A stretch of 59,415 nt of DNA, the filler included, from Sphacelaria rigidula (lineage: Eukaryota): the NCBI GenBank assembly GCA_964200075.2. It is 6 parts of 6 records of this genome, joined end to end, with 100 filler letters (N's around TTAATTAATTAA, not from the genome) between each part and the next. Parts side by side here need not be neighbours in the genome. Positions count along the whole stretch, not along the records: positions 29,761 to 39,579 come from CAXNAA020007694.1; positions 39,680 to 49,497 come from CAXNAA020007695.1; positions 49,598 to 59,415 come from CAXNAA020007696.1; 3 more parts are not named here. The stretch is one strand, 5' to 3'. A model generated the notes under the pieces. The model did not search any database. It saw only the letters and a program-made list of their open reading frames with translations, and was not told where the DNA came from. The position numbers and the translations under genes are program-made. This document shows, in pieces, positions 38,417-51,036 of this stretch (the stretch's first letter is position 1; each line of letters starts with the position of its first letter).

Positions 38417-39060
38417 TAGGAGCGATAATTCGATCATTCCACCCGTGCATCATGCATCATCGTATCATGTGCCGAGGTGTGTCATCATCATTATTGACCA
38501 ACGGGGCCATTTGCAAGTAATGATCATCATGACAAAAGAATAAGCAATATGCTCGTCGCCGTAGATGGATCCTCTAGACCTCCGCCCGCCCTTTAACCAG
38601 ACACCCGGCCGAAATGGATCCCCCGTAGGAGCACGGAAAGTTCGCAAAACTCAACTCATTTCCTGGAAAAAATACTACAGTCACAATTGAAAAAATACTA
38701 CAGTCATAAGTGTAGGAGCAAGGAGTACTTGCTCGGTATGCTTTCATGGAGGGTGGTGCTCGTGAGCAAGCAATAGCCAAGCATCGGAGTTACCAGGGTT
38801 GAATCTCAGCCCCCATAATTGTTCCGAAATGAGTTATGACGTTCACCAAGGGCTTGACGGATTTTCTCCCTGTAGCATTGCCGCCGCGGCCGGGTGGTCC
38901 AAGGTTATAACTGACACCATCGATGAAACGAGTATGAGGAAAATGCGGATTTGCTTCCCCCCCCAGATGCGCTCGGGATTTTTCTTCACAGTATCTGATT
39001 TCCGTCTTTGAAAAGCGTGAGGGCGTGAGAAGCAAGATAGAGTTCGTATTGACTGAGTTT

Positions 39061-39265
39061 CAAGGGTAGGTCGAGTAGAGTATACTCAATTGCGGGGTAT
39101 TTTGAAAGTCGTACTTGAAGTACACATATTGGGGGTAAAATTTCAGGAATCGCCTCCCAGCTATTTTTTGGGTACGACTCCCAACACTCTACCCTAACTT
39201 GAGTACCCCAAGTACATCTTTCAAAATACCCCGCAATCGAGTATACTCTACTCGACCTACCCTTG
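39061..39265. mobile_element. hAT-type MITE with perfect 8-bp TSD
   Basis: caagggtaggtcgagtagagtatactc...gagtatactctactcgacctacccttg with ~60-bp TIRs; ctgagttt at 39053-39060 and 39266-39273. Confidence 0.88.
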
Positions 39266-39922
39266 CTGAGTTTGTTCGACGAGCGTCGACGCGGTGCGGG
39301 AGTGCTGATAGTCATGATCCAATCCGCAAGACCGAAATGCAAGCTATGTACCGGGGGAGAGATGATGGGTTGATCCCTTGTGACCGCGGACCCGTCCCGA
39401 GAATAAGGTGTGCGTTTCAGAGTAGATCCAACTCCAAGTATTTGCCGTATAATGGGCCTGCAAACTGCAGAATCGCTTCTCGGTTGGCCCAGCTCGTACG
39501 AAAGATCCGTATGAGACCGATTGAACTACAGGAGACCTACTTGTACTGGAATCAGTCCCCGCGTGTGACCTCTCCGACTNNNNNNNNNNNNNNNNNNNNN
39601 NNNNNNNNNNNNNNNNNNNNNNNTTAATTAATTAANNNNNNNNNNNNNNNNNNNNNNNNNNNNNNNNNNNNNNNNNNNNATAACACAGCTCCGGCAAAGC
39701 ATACACTGCATGGGCTACCGTGAGAATGGCGTCGCTGGATATCCATTCGTATCTCGACAAGATCTTTCTTGGGAGATAACACAACGTGACCCGAGCCACA
39801 GCACAAAAAGTGGCGCAAGTGCCAGCCGTACAACCAGCTATGGTAATTTTCGACTCAAAGCAACACAACTACTTTCGCTGTCAGGCTTTTCGTGGCCAAT
39901 AAAGTGTAGAGGTCAGCAGTAC

Positions 39923-42900
39923 CTCTTGTGGGACGGGGTCGCTCCAGAAGGCTACGCCAAAGCGTGGCTCTCGAAGCGGGGTCTCCTCGGGTTTCTTCGC
40001 TAGGGGGTGGCATTCCTCCTCATCCTCATCCTCATCCTCATCCTCATCCTCATCACTGCCGTAATCATCATAATCGTCGCAATCGTCGTCATCATCGTCA
40101 TTATCCTCGTCTTCGTCCTCGTCGTCGCCGTCATGCATATCATCACCATCTGCAATCAATGCGTCAAATACATACCACAAAAGAACAAAGAATCAAAAGA
40201 ATCAAAGATCAAACGGCGGAAAATCTCCCCTTTTTCTGGGGCACACCTCGAGTGTGATACTATCCTTCTATTCAACGTGATAGTACTGGACAGCTAGAAT
40301 TTCGATGACGACTACCACTTCATGCCAAACCGTATGGACAACAATAACCTATGAAGAAATCGAGTGTACAAATGAGAGCTGAGAAAACTCACCACATGCA
40401 CAGATGGACGACCTTCGACCTCTTGCTATGAAATTGGGAGTACGACCATGGCGAAAAACAAGTCATAAGCTCACGTAGAACGATATACCCTTGCCAAAGT
40501 GGCGCTAAGTTTCCAGCGCAACAGAATACAACGGAACCGACTTACGAAAGAGATAAATAGGGGGGCATGCATAAACTATTTCGCATCGTGTGGGAAATAT
40601 ATATCGTGAACACCTTTGACGTCAACTACCGCGACACTACTACTACTACTACTACTACTACTGCTACTGCTACTGCTGCTGCTGCTGCTGCTGCTACTGC
40701 TATACTACCACCACTACAGCAACAAAAATAACAACGACAGCGAGGACAAAAGAGAAATTGATGTCGACAATCACCGAAAGCACCAAAGCGTCACCCCGGC
40801 GTTACCTCCCCTAGCCTTCAATGCAGCGGCGGCGGTGTCGCCCACCGCCCTTCCAAATAGGCTTGACTGGAGGTCGTACCGAGCAGAAGACGGAGAAAGC
40901 TCTCCCAGCAACTCCTGAATGCACAACAAAAAACGTACAAGATAGTAACGGATTTGGAAACAATGCGCCGATCGTCAAGATGCCGCGTGAAGCGAGGAGG
41001 AGGAACGCCAGCAACGCTCGCGGGTGGCGGACAATAACGCCCCCAAGCTGCGATATGAGAAAAACACAAGGGGTGAGGACATAGAACCACGACCGAACAG
41101 GAAGCGATAAAAGTACCAAAATCCCCTGCCATGACCACCAATCGTCGTACCCCTCATACATCGCATATGAGAGTCGCGTGAACCTGTTTACTTGGAGGCT
41201 ATTGACGAAATGGAAACATAACATAACGTGCCAGCGTGTGTGGCCAAACTCCTAACCACACGTTGACTACACCGATCCATTTGCGTGTATGCAGGGCATA
41301 CCATTTGCAACGCTAGCCTGTCTGTTGCATGCGTTCGGGACCCATGGCTAGCAGTAAGCTGCTTGGACGGTGACTCCCCATGCGTGTGTGCCTATCAGCC
41401 TGAATAGCCGTGTGAGTCCATACACCTTACCTTCTAAGCTCTGGTCAATCATGTACGCGTACGTTCGTCACCTCTATAAGGGCAGGGTCCCAGTCCTCCA
41501 TGAGATAGGGGCCATTGAGAATGTGCTTGTCTTCGTAACGCGAGACCGGTAGCATCTGCTCTGCCAGCTGTTCCACGCACTCCGCAGGTTCGCTCTCCTC
41601 TTGGAATCTGATACAAGCAAGGCACACGAAAGAACGAGAAATAAACACACTCTCGACAAGAAGGAATTAAAAAAAGTGATTCCTGTACAAGGCACAAAGT
41701 GGTTTGGGTGATTTGAACAAGAGCAAAAATCGGAAAACGCGGGAGGAAAACGGACACAGGCAAAACAGACGAAGAAGCGGTATCGCTGTTTTTCCCTTCG
41801 AAAGCCGCCAAGTACGTGGTTGAACTTCGCTGTTGATCCGGAATCACCCTCGAAAAACAGGGAGTGGAACTATAGGAGTCCTTACGACCCGTACCCTACC
41901 ACTTGAAGATTATTACTTCGAAAGACGCACTCGTCCGGTTGGTCAATGAGACAGCAAAAAAAAACCCAACAAACAGGACGCATCAATCTCGTCACGGCTC
42001 CTGTTGGAAAAATGAAGGGATATCCCTCCTTATACCCTTGTCTGCGTCGCGTTTGGGATAGTCCCTTGTAGGAGCAACGTCACACAAGCCCCTGACCTGT
42101 AGTACACAAAAGACGTTCAACCATGCGTAGAACCCCCCCCTACAATTAACAGATCCTCCACCCAAGAGTGTGACAACCAACAAGGCTGCGCCGCTGGCAT
42201 GTGGCTAATTGCTCGTTTGCTTGCCTGTACTGCAGATCGGCGACATCCCGGATCTCTCGGAACACCCACTCCTGCGGACCCTCCGTCCTCAGCATGCCTA
42301 TATACCGGAACAGTACTTCCATGATGTCCGGCCAGTGCCGTACCCCAGCCTGTACACGCTCATCGGTGATTTTGTTGTGCACGCGGAATGTATCAAATAC
42401 AACACAACGTAAAACCAACACAACGGGCAAGCTCAACCGAAGCGTATTAGAGGAACACGGAGTCCCACGAATTGCCCGACTCGACGACGCGATGCACGAC
42501 AGCCCTTCTCGGCATACAGCTGTAGCAATACACCACCGCGCAAACGACGGGCGCGGGTTGCTCAATGTTCCGTTTCGTCGAAACACTTGAAATGGGCAGG
42601 CCGCGGTACGCCTGTGAAAGCTACGCACGTCGCGCACTCTCACCCCAGCATGCACCCACGCAACAAGGGGTGGGCATAACGTCGACAGGTCGCGGGAATC
42701 AACAGACGTACCACAAAATGCACCGGAAGTACAACCTCAATAAAGTAGCGTACACGCTTAAAATTGGCCGACAGACACAAAACGAGTGAGGCAACACATG
42801 GACGACCACGCACATAGGGCAACATACACGTAGAAACGCAAAAAACGCCACGCGTGTTTTAGCACCGACTAAACTGCAGTGCCGTCACGACATCACCGCT

Positions 42901-45900
42901 ACCTTGGTTAGGCTGATGGTGACGCTGAACATGGCGCAACAGGAAGAACTGCTGGAGCCCAGGCCGTCCACGCCCGCAGATATTCCCGTGGCCCAACGCC
43001 TGGAACGGAGAGCGCTCAGCACGCTCCCTTCCCCCTCGTGCCCTACCAAGTGCCCGATGTAATCCGTCGGTTTCTTCTTGTACAGGCTATAATCGAGACA
43101 GAAGAGCAAGACAATTATCACCGATCAAAAACATACGCAACGGAGAACGAAATGAGGAGACGTGAGCAATGAAGATGCAACACGAGTAGACCGCCGTTTT
43201 CAAGGGGATGTGACAACAGGACTACTTGCAGCTGTGTTCCGTAAAGAGGTGATTTGTTGGAGTGACAGCAGACAAGACGAGGGTAAACAAAAAGAGCATC
43301 CGTGATCTTAGCCTGCACCAGGCGAAGACGGCCACTCATTCAACATTGGCAGTGCCCATCAAACAATCTTTCGCACCCTTCGTCCATACAATTTCCATTA
43401 GCGGTACTTTCTTGTAGGTCAAACGATCTCCCGTGGCCTTTGTCAAAACACTCATCATCTCCATATTGACAGTACTTCCGCATACCATTACGCTCAATAA
43501 TATCCGATGCCGTTCGTCGAATAGTCATATGATCAGTGCTTCATGTTTCCGCGGTGTATTCCTGCACGCAACAGCCCCCCCACACACAAGCATACCTCAG
43601 CTGCTCCCTCAGCTGCCACGTCACATGCAAGCGGTGGAAGTCCTTCACCGGCTGTACCCTAAATACCCTACCCAGCGAGTCTTCAGCAAACGGTAGTCCA
43701 GTCGCAGCCACCGTCGCTGCCTCGGCCGGCAGCCCACCAGCCTCACCACCTCCTCCGGCCTCCGTCCCCGGCGCCACAGACGAGAAACTTTCGAGCACCA
43801 TCTTCTCCAGCTCGTCCAAAGTATGCCCGCCGAGAACGACGAGCTGCATGGCCGGAGCGCGGTAGTGTTTGTCGTGGAAGCGCACGAGCTCCTGTCGTAC
43901 GTCCACTTTCTTCGAAAAAGGCACATCTCGTAGGGACCACAGATTGCCCCAGCAGAATTTACTAAATGGGTGACCTATAGGACGCATGTGCAGAGTATGT
44001 TGCACGAAGCATGATTTTTGGTCGCAGGCATGAGTCGGTGAGAGATTATTTCCGGACGGGATAGTATTGGGCAGACAGCGCGAAAGTGAAGGGGGAAGGT
44101 GAAGGAGTTGGGGTGTAACCTGTTTGAGCTGTGTTTTGTCCCCGAGCGAGGTGAATATTAGACGATCATCAGAGTACATGCCAGGTAATTTCGTGGGTTC
44201 CTGCGAGAAAAATCAAGAGCCAGAGTGGTTGTCGTGTCATTATCAAGTACTTGGAACACTCTCACTCAACTTCCGAGTGGTTTGATACTCTTGCCAAAAA
44301 TCCCTGGTTGGGCGAGGAGGTGTCCTGCTGCACTTAAACTTTGCTCGACCGTGACCTCACCGCGGCCCCTACCGGAGTCTCTAATGAACTTGCGCTAAGC
44401 GTGCCGTGCAATATTGTGATTTGAGCTATCCAACAGAAAATGTGCTCGAAGAGGATGCGTGATCAACCACATGCATGATCATGAGTACACCCGCCCCCCC
44501 CCCCCCCCCCGACCACCACCACCACCTCACTCCCCAGCGCCGCAAGGACAAGTTCGTGCCAGTTACCTCGCTTGGAGGTGTGACACCACAGCTCCTGCAG
44601 CCGGCACATGTCGCTGTTTTTGGACAGACAAAACTCGCTTTCGATGCTCTGCAGCTCGCGATCGCTGCTCTCGGCCTTCATCAACGGCCTCACGAAAAAC
44701 TGCGCGAAAATGTCCAAGGCCTGCATGCATCCCACACCACACGTTGAGTATGAGTCCGTAGACAAAAACAAAACATTTTCATATCGGGGAGAGCGGTTGG
44801 ATGCTGCGATTCATAACCCCGTGAAAATAATCACAGGTTACGAGCGCTCCGAGCAAGCATCATGCAATCATGCGCACGATGAAAATGAGCCGCCAGCTGG
44901 TAGGTGTATTTGTTTGGCATGTCATACGTACAACGCCCCACTTGGAGCAACATTGACTTTAGGGTACACTTTGGGACGGCAAGTCACGGAATTACAGAGC
45001 AGGTCTGGGTTTTCGATACTTTGCTCAAATCTAGGCAATGGCACGATTACCGATGCAGAATAAGCGTTACATCATACACACGCATTATCGTCCACAACGA
45101 GTATGACGGAGTTTATTCTACGCAGTTTTGGCAACGTGATTAACCGACATGGTGAGCCGATACGAACATCAGTGTACTCCACACAGCCACCCGTCGGCCG
45201 ACGTTCATGCCCAACAATATTTTCCTCTTTGTTGCACTGCTGGACAGCCAGCGCCCATCTTCGCACGTGAACAAAATACTCCCGCGTCTATTGTGACGAT
45301 CACACAACCAGGTTGTAGGCTGAACAAAACGTAGTGCCAGGCTTTGGGGGGAGGTGCTACATACTACCGCTCACACTCATGCACGCACCTTCTCAAGGTG
45401 GTCCGGAAGCACGTCGAAGTGATATAGCGTGTACTCGCTCTCCGTGAAGGCGTTGCTAGAACCCCCCATCTGAGAAATGAACGAGTCATACTCGTTTTCG
45501 TCGGGATACTTGGCCGACCCCATGAAGAGCATGTGTTCCAGGTAGTGAGCTAAGCCCTGTGTTTGTTATTTTGTTGTTTTCGGAACATCGCCAAAAAATG
45601 GAGTGCCCACAAGTGAGCTGGGCACTACAGGGGGAGTCCATCGCACGATATCCCGACAACCGTGTGTTCGGCTGTGCGTAGTGGCAGCGAGACGAACTGA
45701 ACATGGCAGCTATAGCTTGTCGAACGGGCGTTGTAGTTCGCGAGTAAATTGCGTGTTCATATGACGAATGGGTATTCTTCCGAGAGGGTTTCAGACAACC
45801 TCCAGGGACATGGTGAGCACACCAACCATGCTTGGCACAAAAGCGGACTGATGAGGAAAGCTCAACGCTGCTTGCGACCGTACAGTACGTGTTTTTAGCA

Positions 45901-46747
45901 ATTCTGCTGCGAATCGTCCCGGTAATTGGGCCGCATCCGCGGGATCAACAGCAACAGCCAGCACTGTTGACTGTGCTCCGTTTACACAGAGCTCACGGGT
46001 CCGTGATGAACCATGTGGTACCTGAGCAGCATTGAAAGCTTCGTAACAACCTTTGTAGCTTGTAACGAGGCGCTGTTGAAGCGATCGCGGAATATGAACG
46101 GGTTTTTGCTGACCTGGCAGTGCTCCGGATCCGACAGGCTTCCTACACCCACGGCCATCGCGGCGGCCGCCTTCTTTAGGCCCTCCGGTTCCTCGCGCTC
46201 ACCATCTTCGTCTTCTCCATCCTCTTCGTCGCCTTCGTCCTGCAGAGACAGTAGTACAGCAACTATCACCGGCTATTAGGTCCGCGGAGGAGAGCAAAGC
46301 GATGTAGCCCTCAACAACGGCCGCAACGACAACAATTACAACAACCGTCACCATCACCACCACTACGAGCAAACAAAAATTGCCACCCTTGATGGTATAC
46401 TGGTAATAGTACTAGTAATAGAATAGTAGTAGCAGTAGTACTGGTATTACTACCACCACTACTTCTACTATTCTACTACTTCTACCTCTGCTACTAATAA
46501 CAATAGTACTAGTGGTACAATAGTAGCAGTAGTGCTAGCATTACAACCACCACTACTTCTACCATTCACCCCTTCTTACTGCTGCTGCTACTACTACTCA
46601 TAGTACTAATAGTATAATAGTAGCAGTAGTGCTAGTATTACAACCGCCACTACTTCTACTATTCTACTACTTCTACTTCTGCTACTACTACTCATAGTAC
46701 TATTAGTAGAATAGTAGCAGTAGTGCTGGTATAACTGCCACCACTAA

Positions 46748-46836
<89 letters not shown>

Positions 46837-47479
46837 GTAACCACCATCGCAATAATGCCATGATCATTACCATCATTACACTGATAACCATCGTCATCAT
46901 AATGTCACTCATCAATACAACGAGCGCACCTTCTGATCGTCGTCCTCAATGCCAGAGCTCCCTCTCTTACCCGCCTTGGCCTTTGACGGCCAACTGAGCA
47001 TCAATTCGGCAACACCATCGAGATCAGAAAACAGAAATAGACCCACGCAAGTAAAGATCAACGTACAAAACCTTAAAGCTCATCAAAACATCAAAACATC
47101 ACTTGCTGAAAGTGCTGCTCCTGCTGATGGACGAATAAGTTGTATGACAACATCCAGTTGATCAGCGTAGCCATAATGATTCCTTGATGTTGTGCAGGAT
47201 ATAATCAAACGGGCGGCAAACCCAAGCTATGCCGTTCTGTTGCACAGACTGTTGACGCTGCAAATACTGCATACAACCCTGAGACAGACAGTACGAGGTA
47301 CCGCGATCGGATACAGTGTATAGATGTTTGCTCCACTTTACGGGCTCCTCTTCTCACCTTCCAGCAGCAGGAGGGTCGTGAACCAGTAGCGCGCGTAGGC
47401 CATTCGGCAGGCGAATGAGTCTGTAGCTCTTCTTGTCCGAGTCAGCCTTCGTAGAGTCTACATGTGCAAGAATCTCAAC
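39923..47479 (-). CDS. M16A zinc metallopeptidase (insulysin/nardilysin-like), N-terminal half, 11 exons
   Basis: Phase-consistent exons 47479-47358, 46993-46930, 46239-46114, 45556-45389, 44720-44567, 43974-43596, 43086-42903, 42349-42225, 41607-41472, 40914-40806, 40149-39923. Motifs [41 protein letters not shown] (HxxEH), [42 protein letters not shown]. Start exon not resolved; C-terminal half lies off the contig. Confidence 0.93.
40635..40712 (+). repeat. (CTA)n(CTG)n microsatellite in intron
   Basis: Seen directly. Confidence 0.9.
46400..46915 (+). repeat. Low-complexity (TAG/CTA/TAA)n tract with ~100-bp higher-order units, intronic
   Basis: Recurrent tagtagcagtagtgct...accactacttctac units followed by pure (cta)n(taa)n. 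Confidence 0.85.
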
Positions 47480-49436
47480 CTACAAGAGCGGTACCGGCGC
47501 ATGATCCACATGAAGATTGTGTGGGAGAAGTTGCCACAAAAGTCAGTCAGGTGACAGGAAGGAGCGAAGGTGAGGGTAAGGGTTAAGGTCGTCAGTGCCC
47601 AAAGGTATTATCTGTTGGAATCAGGAGAGAGGGGTATGATGCGGCCGAGCTCCTCCCGCAAATGTACTGGCATGCAGCTTGGTGTGTACCATGGTATTGT
47701 GCAGCTGTATACTGTTTGCGATGTGCGTGCGTCTTCAGACCGTGCGGCGAATGTGCGGATGCTCTTCAGGAATAGAGTCCAGCAATTTCAAGTCAACAAT
47801 CTCCCTGTGCAGACGGCTGCACCCCGTTCTGTAGAACGCCTCCAGCACGAAACAGCGTATCCGTCCTTTCATCCCCCAGTTAGCGCTGGACATGACACAT
47901 TGCGGGAAAACATAAGCCAGGAATAATCTTGAACAGCTGTACTGTTGAAGCACGCGAGCACCTGAGGCTCCGCAAGAACTGTCGGGGGACCCTGTCTCAG
48001 CCACTAGGGAGCTTCATGAGACCGTTGCACACTCAAGTAAGTGCAAAGGCATGGACAAAGTCGCAGTGAGTACGGTACAGTCCTGTACCATACCGCACAT
48101 CACAGTTTTACGCATTTGTACAGTAATGCACTCTCCGTCAACTATTATGTGCAACCGGTGATGCTTGGTATCGAAAATATGGGCAATGTTTCCTGTTCCG
48201 CGATGACCCGCTTTGGCCAGCAATACGCACAGTAGGTGGATCAGAAGGCTGCAGATCGCTTATGCCATCGTCATGGGTTGGTATGGCTCACAGCTCACGC
48301 AGTGCAGCCCACCCCTACAGCAAGGCATGGGTGGAGTAGGGCCCCCTGCATGAATTTCAATTTCCTTTATTTGATTTGATTCTTTTGATCGAGGTCCACG
48401 GTTGCAAGTGGCAGACGGTTCAAGGCAAACAAGCCAACGTAAAAGCATAGACAAGTGAGATACGCACGAATCTTCTTGTGCGAAACAAGTCATGCGGTGT
48501 TAGCTGCAGAGTACACCCTTCCACATGTACACGGTACATTAAAATCCATTCAAGTGGATTATGAATCCGCGGAATGCCAACCGGAGTTCGGCGCATGGAT
48601 AATGAGAGCTAGCTGGAGCTGGATTCCTCATCGAGAAACAAAGTAGAAGCAACACTCTACTGTTGCACGATGTACGTCCAGATGTTCGTGGGGACGCAGA
48701 GAATCTCTACTGACAACTTCCTACGTCATCCGAAACGTTACTTTTCGTTGTCGTTGCGGGCCCACGCCAACGGCTCGACGTGGCCTTGAATAGTCAGTGC
48801 GGTAGTCAGGACGGGATACGCACTAACGGTGCTCAGTTTCGTGGGAAAATGGCAACGTACACTAATCCGACGTGCGATTTTGGATTGACGTTGCCGTGTT
48901 GACATGAGTAGCTGTAGCTGTCAGCGGAAAACGACATCCGAACAAGTATCAGGCAGAGGCTGGAACTCGGACCAAGTGCTGATTGCTCTTGGGCCACGCT
49001 CTGAGTCCAACCTTCGAGGCGAAAAAAGAATACATGGAGCATGTCGGACTCGTTTCGTGCAAGTCAAGAGTCCATTCTCACGCGCGTGTGGCTCACGACG
49101 AGGATTTCCACGAATCAACGTCCGGACGGGAGGAGAGATCGCATCCCACTCCACACGGAGAAACCGCCTGCATTTGAGGATATGCAGTATAGCGCAAATA
49201 GCTTTCATCACGCCAGATAATACCGAATGACAAAGACGAGTCTCCCCCCTCAATATTCAAAAGTTGCCACAAGCGGTGGGTGTAGGTTTGTGCGTAGGTG
49301 CGGGAGCGCGAAACTTCCGTCTCTAAAACCTGAGAAAAAAAATGAAGTACACAGCTACGGCCACGCCTTCAAAAATTTGCTGAGGTGAACATGTCACACT
49401 ATGTATTTGGGGGAGGAGGAGGGGGGAGGGGGGAAG

Positions 49437-49497
49437 GGGCGTACTCATTTGTTACTTGCCTTAGTCGTGTGACCATTGACCACGCATCCCTTTCGAG
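49437..49497. repeat. Copy of the 20643-20819 short element (cut by contig end)
   Basis: ggggcgtactcatttgttacttgccttagtcgtgtgaccattgaccacgcatcccttt is the near reverse complement of ~20762-20821. Confidence 0.8.
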
Positions 49498-49879
49498 NNN
49501 NNNNNNNNNNNNNNNNNNNNNNNNNNNNNNNNNNNNNNNNNTTAATTAATTAANNNNNNNNNNNNNNNNNNNNNNNNNNNNNNNNNNNNNNNNNNNNTTC
49601 TCATCCTCAATCAATAGCACCATCCTCAATATAGATGATTGGCTGTTTGTAGCACGTGCGCAAATGCCCGACTAACTTGAAAAACCGATCGGGGATAAAT
49701 TCAGTTGTCTTTAATTTGCATGTCATGCATCTACGGTACAAAATTCATGTGCATATATACTGTACACGCATCTCAAAAGTTATCGATATGAAACAGCAGA
49801 CGGATAGGAACAAGAATTTTACGATGCAAATAGAACCAAAACCGAGAGGAAACGGCATCAAAAACAGGGGGGGGGGGGG

Positions 49880-49995
49880 CTCATCTGTTGCGTGCCTTAG
49901 CCGTGTGACCGCTGACCACGCATCCCCTTCAAGACGGAGCACCATTCCTACAGCTAGTAGAGACACCTCGGTGCTCATTACGCTTTTCCCATACA
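49880..49995. repeat. Copy of the 20643-20819 short element
   Basis: ctcatctgttgcgtgccttagccgtgtgaccgctgaccacgcatcccc...ggagcacc...tagagacacc...gctcat.acg follows a G14 tract. Confidence 0.75.
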
Positions 49996-51036
49996 TTTCA
50001 CAATAGCCGTTTACATATATATATATCCCCGTCTTGTTTTGCCTTCTGTGGCCACCATCTATATCCTAGTATAGGCATCATTTCCCCCCTTCTGTCTAAT
50101 GCATCAACAATTTCACACCACCTTCGTTCACTTCCCGCACTTCCCCCTCTAGCACGTCCCGTTCCTCCTTGTGTAGTTCACATTCTGCCACTATATGATT
50201 TCTGCTCTATATTGCTTTGCCACAGGGGCAAATCTGTCGATCTACTTCTTCCTCCCCTCGACTGGGAGGGGGTACTCAAGATCTTGCATGCCATGTCATA
50301 CGACCATTGACATCGCATCCCTACAAAGTCAGGACGGAGCACGCCGGCTCTTCGTCGGACCAGATTCGCAATCAGTCACCGAGCGCGGAGCGCCGTGGTG
50401 TGTTCGGCGAGTCGCATGAAGGGTGAGCTGCATCCTACTAAGATTCTTCGGCCCGAAGCGTACTTATTACTTTGCATATGGATGGCAGCCTCCAATGAGT
50501 TGCTTCATTCTCTGGTTTTGCCACTTCCGGAGACAGCCGTGGATTACAAACTGCCTGATGGGTGTCTCACCATTTAAACACTACGTAGGACGATCATCCT
50601 CTTTGCGCGGAGTTGAGGTTCTCCAACCACGTATAACATGGTCTAGCTCTACCACCATCACTGTTACCGCAAGAAAAACTCATTCGCGCACAAAATCGGT
50701 AACCTGGTTGCCTAACTTACGCAGTGAGTGGTGTGTTTTACAGCGTCATCGCCAACCGACGCCAACCCCATAGTGGATCCGCCCCTACGAAGCTGGGACG
50801 GAGCACGCCGGGTTTTCGCCGGACCAGGGAGGTGGGGGAGGGCGGGAACAAAGCACATGCACAAAAAATGATAGACAAAGCAGAGGCGAAAGTATAAATA
50901 AAGTTAAAGATAAAATAAGAACCGAATCCAAAACCAAGACCAAAGGGGAACTTCTGTAAACAAACGCAAGAACTTGCTGGTGTGTAACCGGAAATCATGA
51001 CTACATTTATACTGACGCTAGGCTTCTACCTCACCC

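Noticed and set aside
40616-40918. Poly-Leu ORF here, and poly-Leu/Val ORF at 46703-46915, as membrane proteins
   Set aside because: Translations of intronic trinucleotide microsatellites.
12582-47479. Functional cluster of NOG2, guanine deaminase, PIG-S and M16 peptidase
   Set aside because: The genes lie on four different contigs joined artificially.
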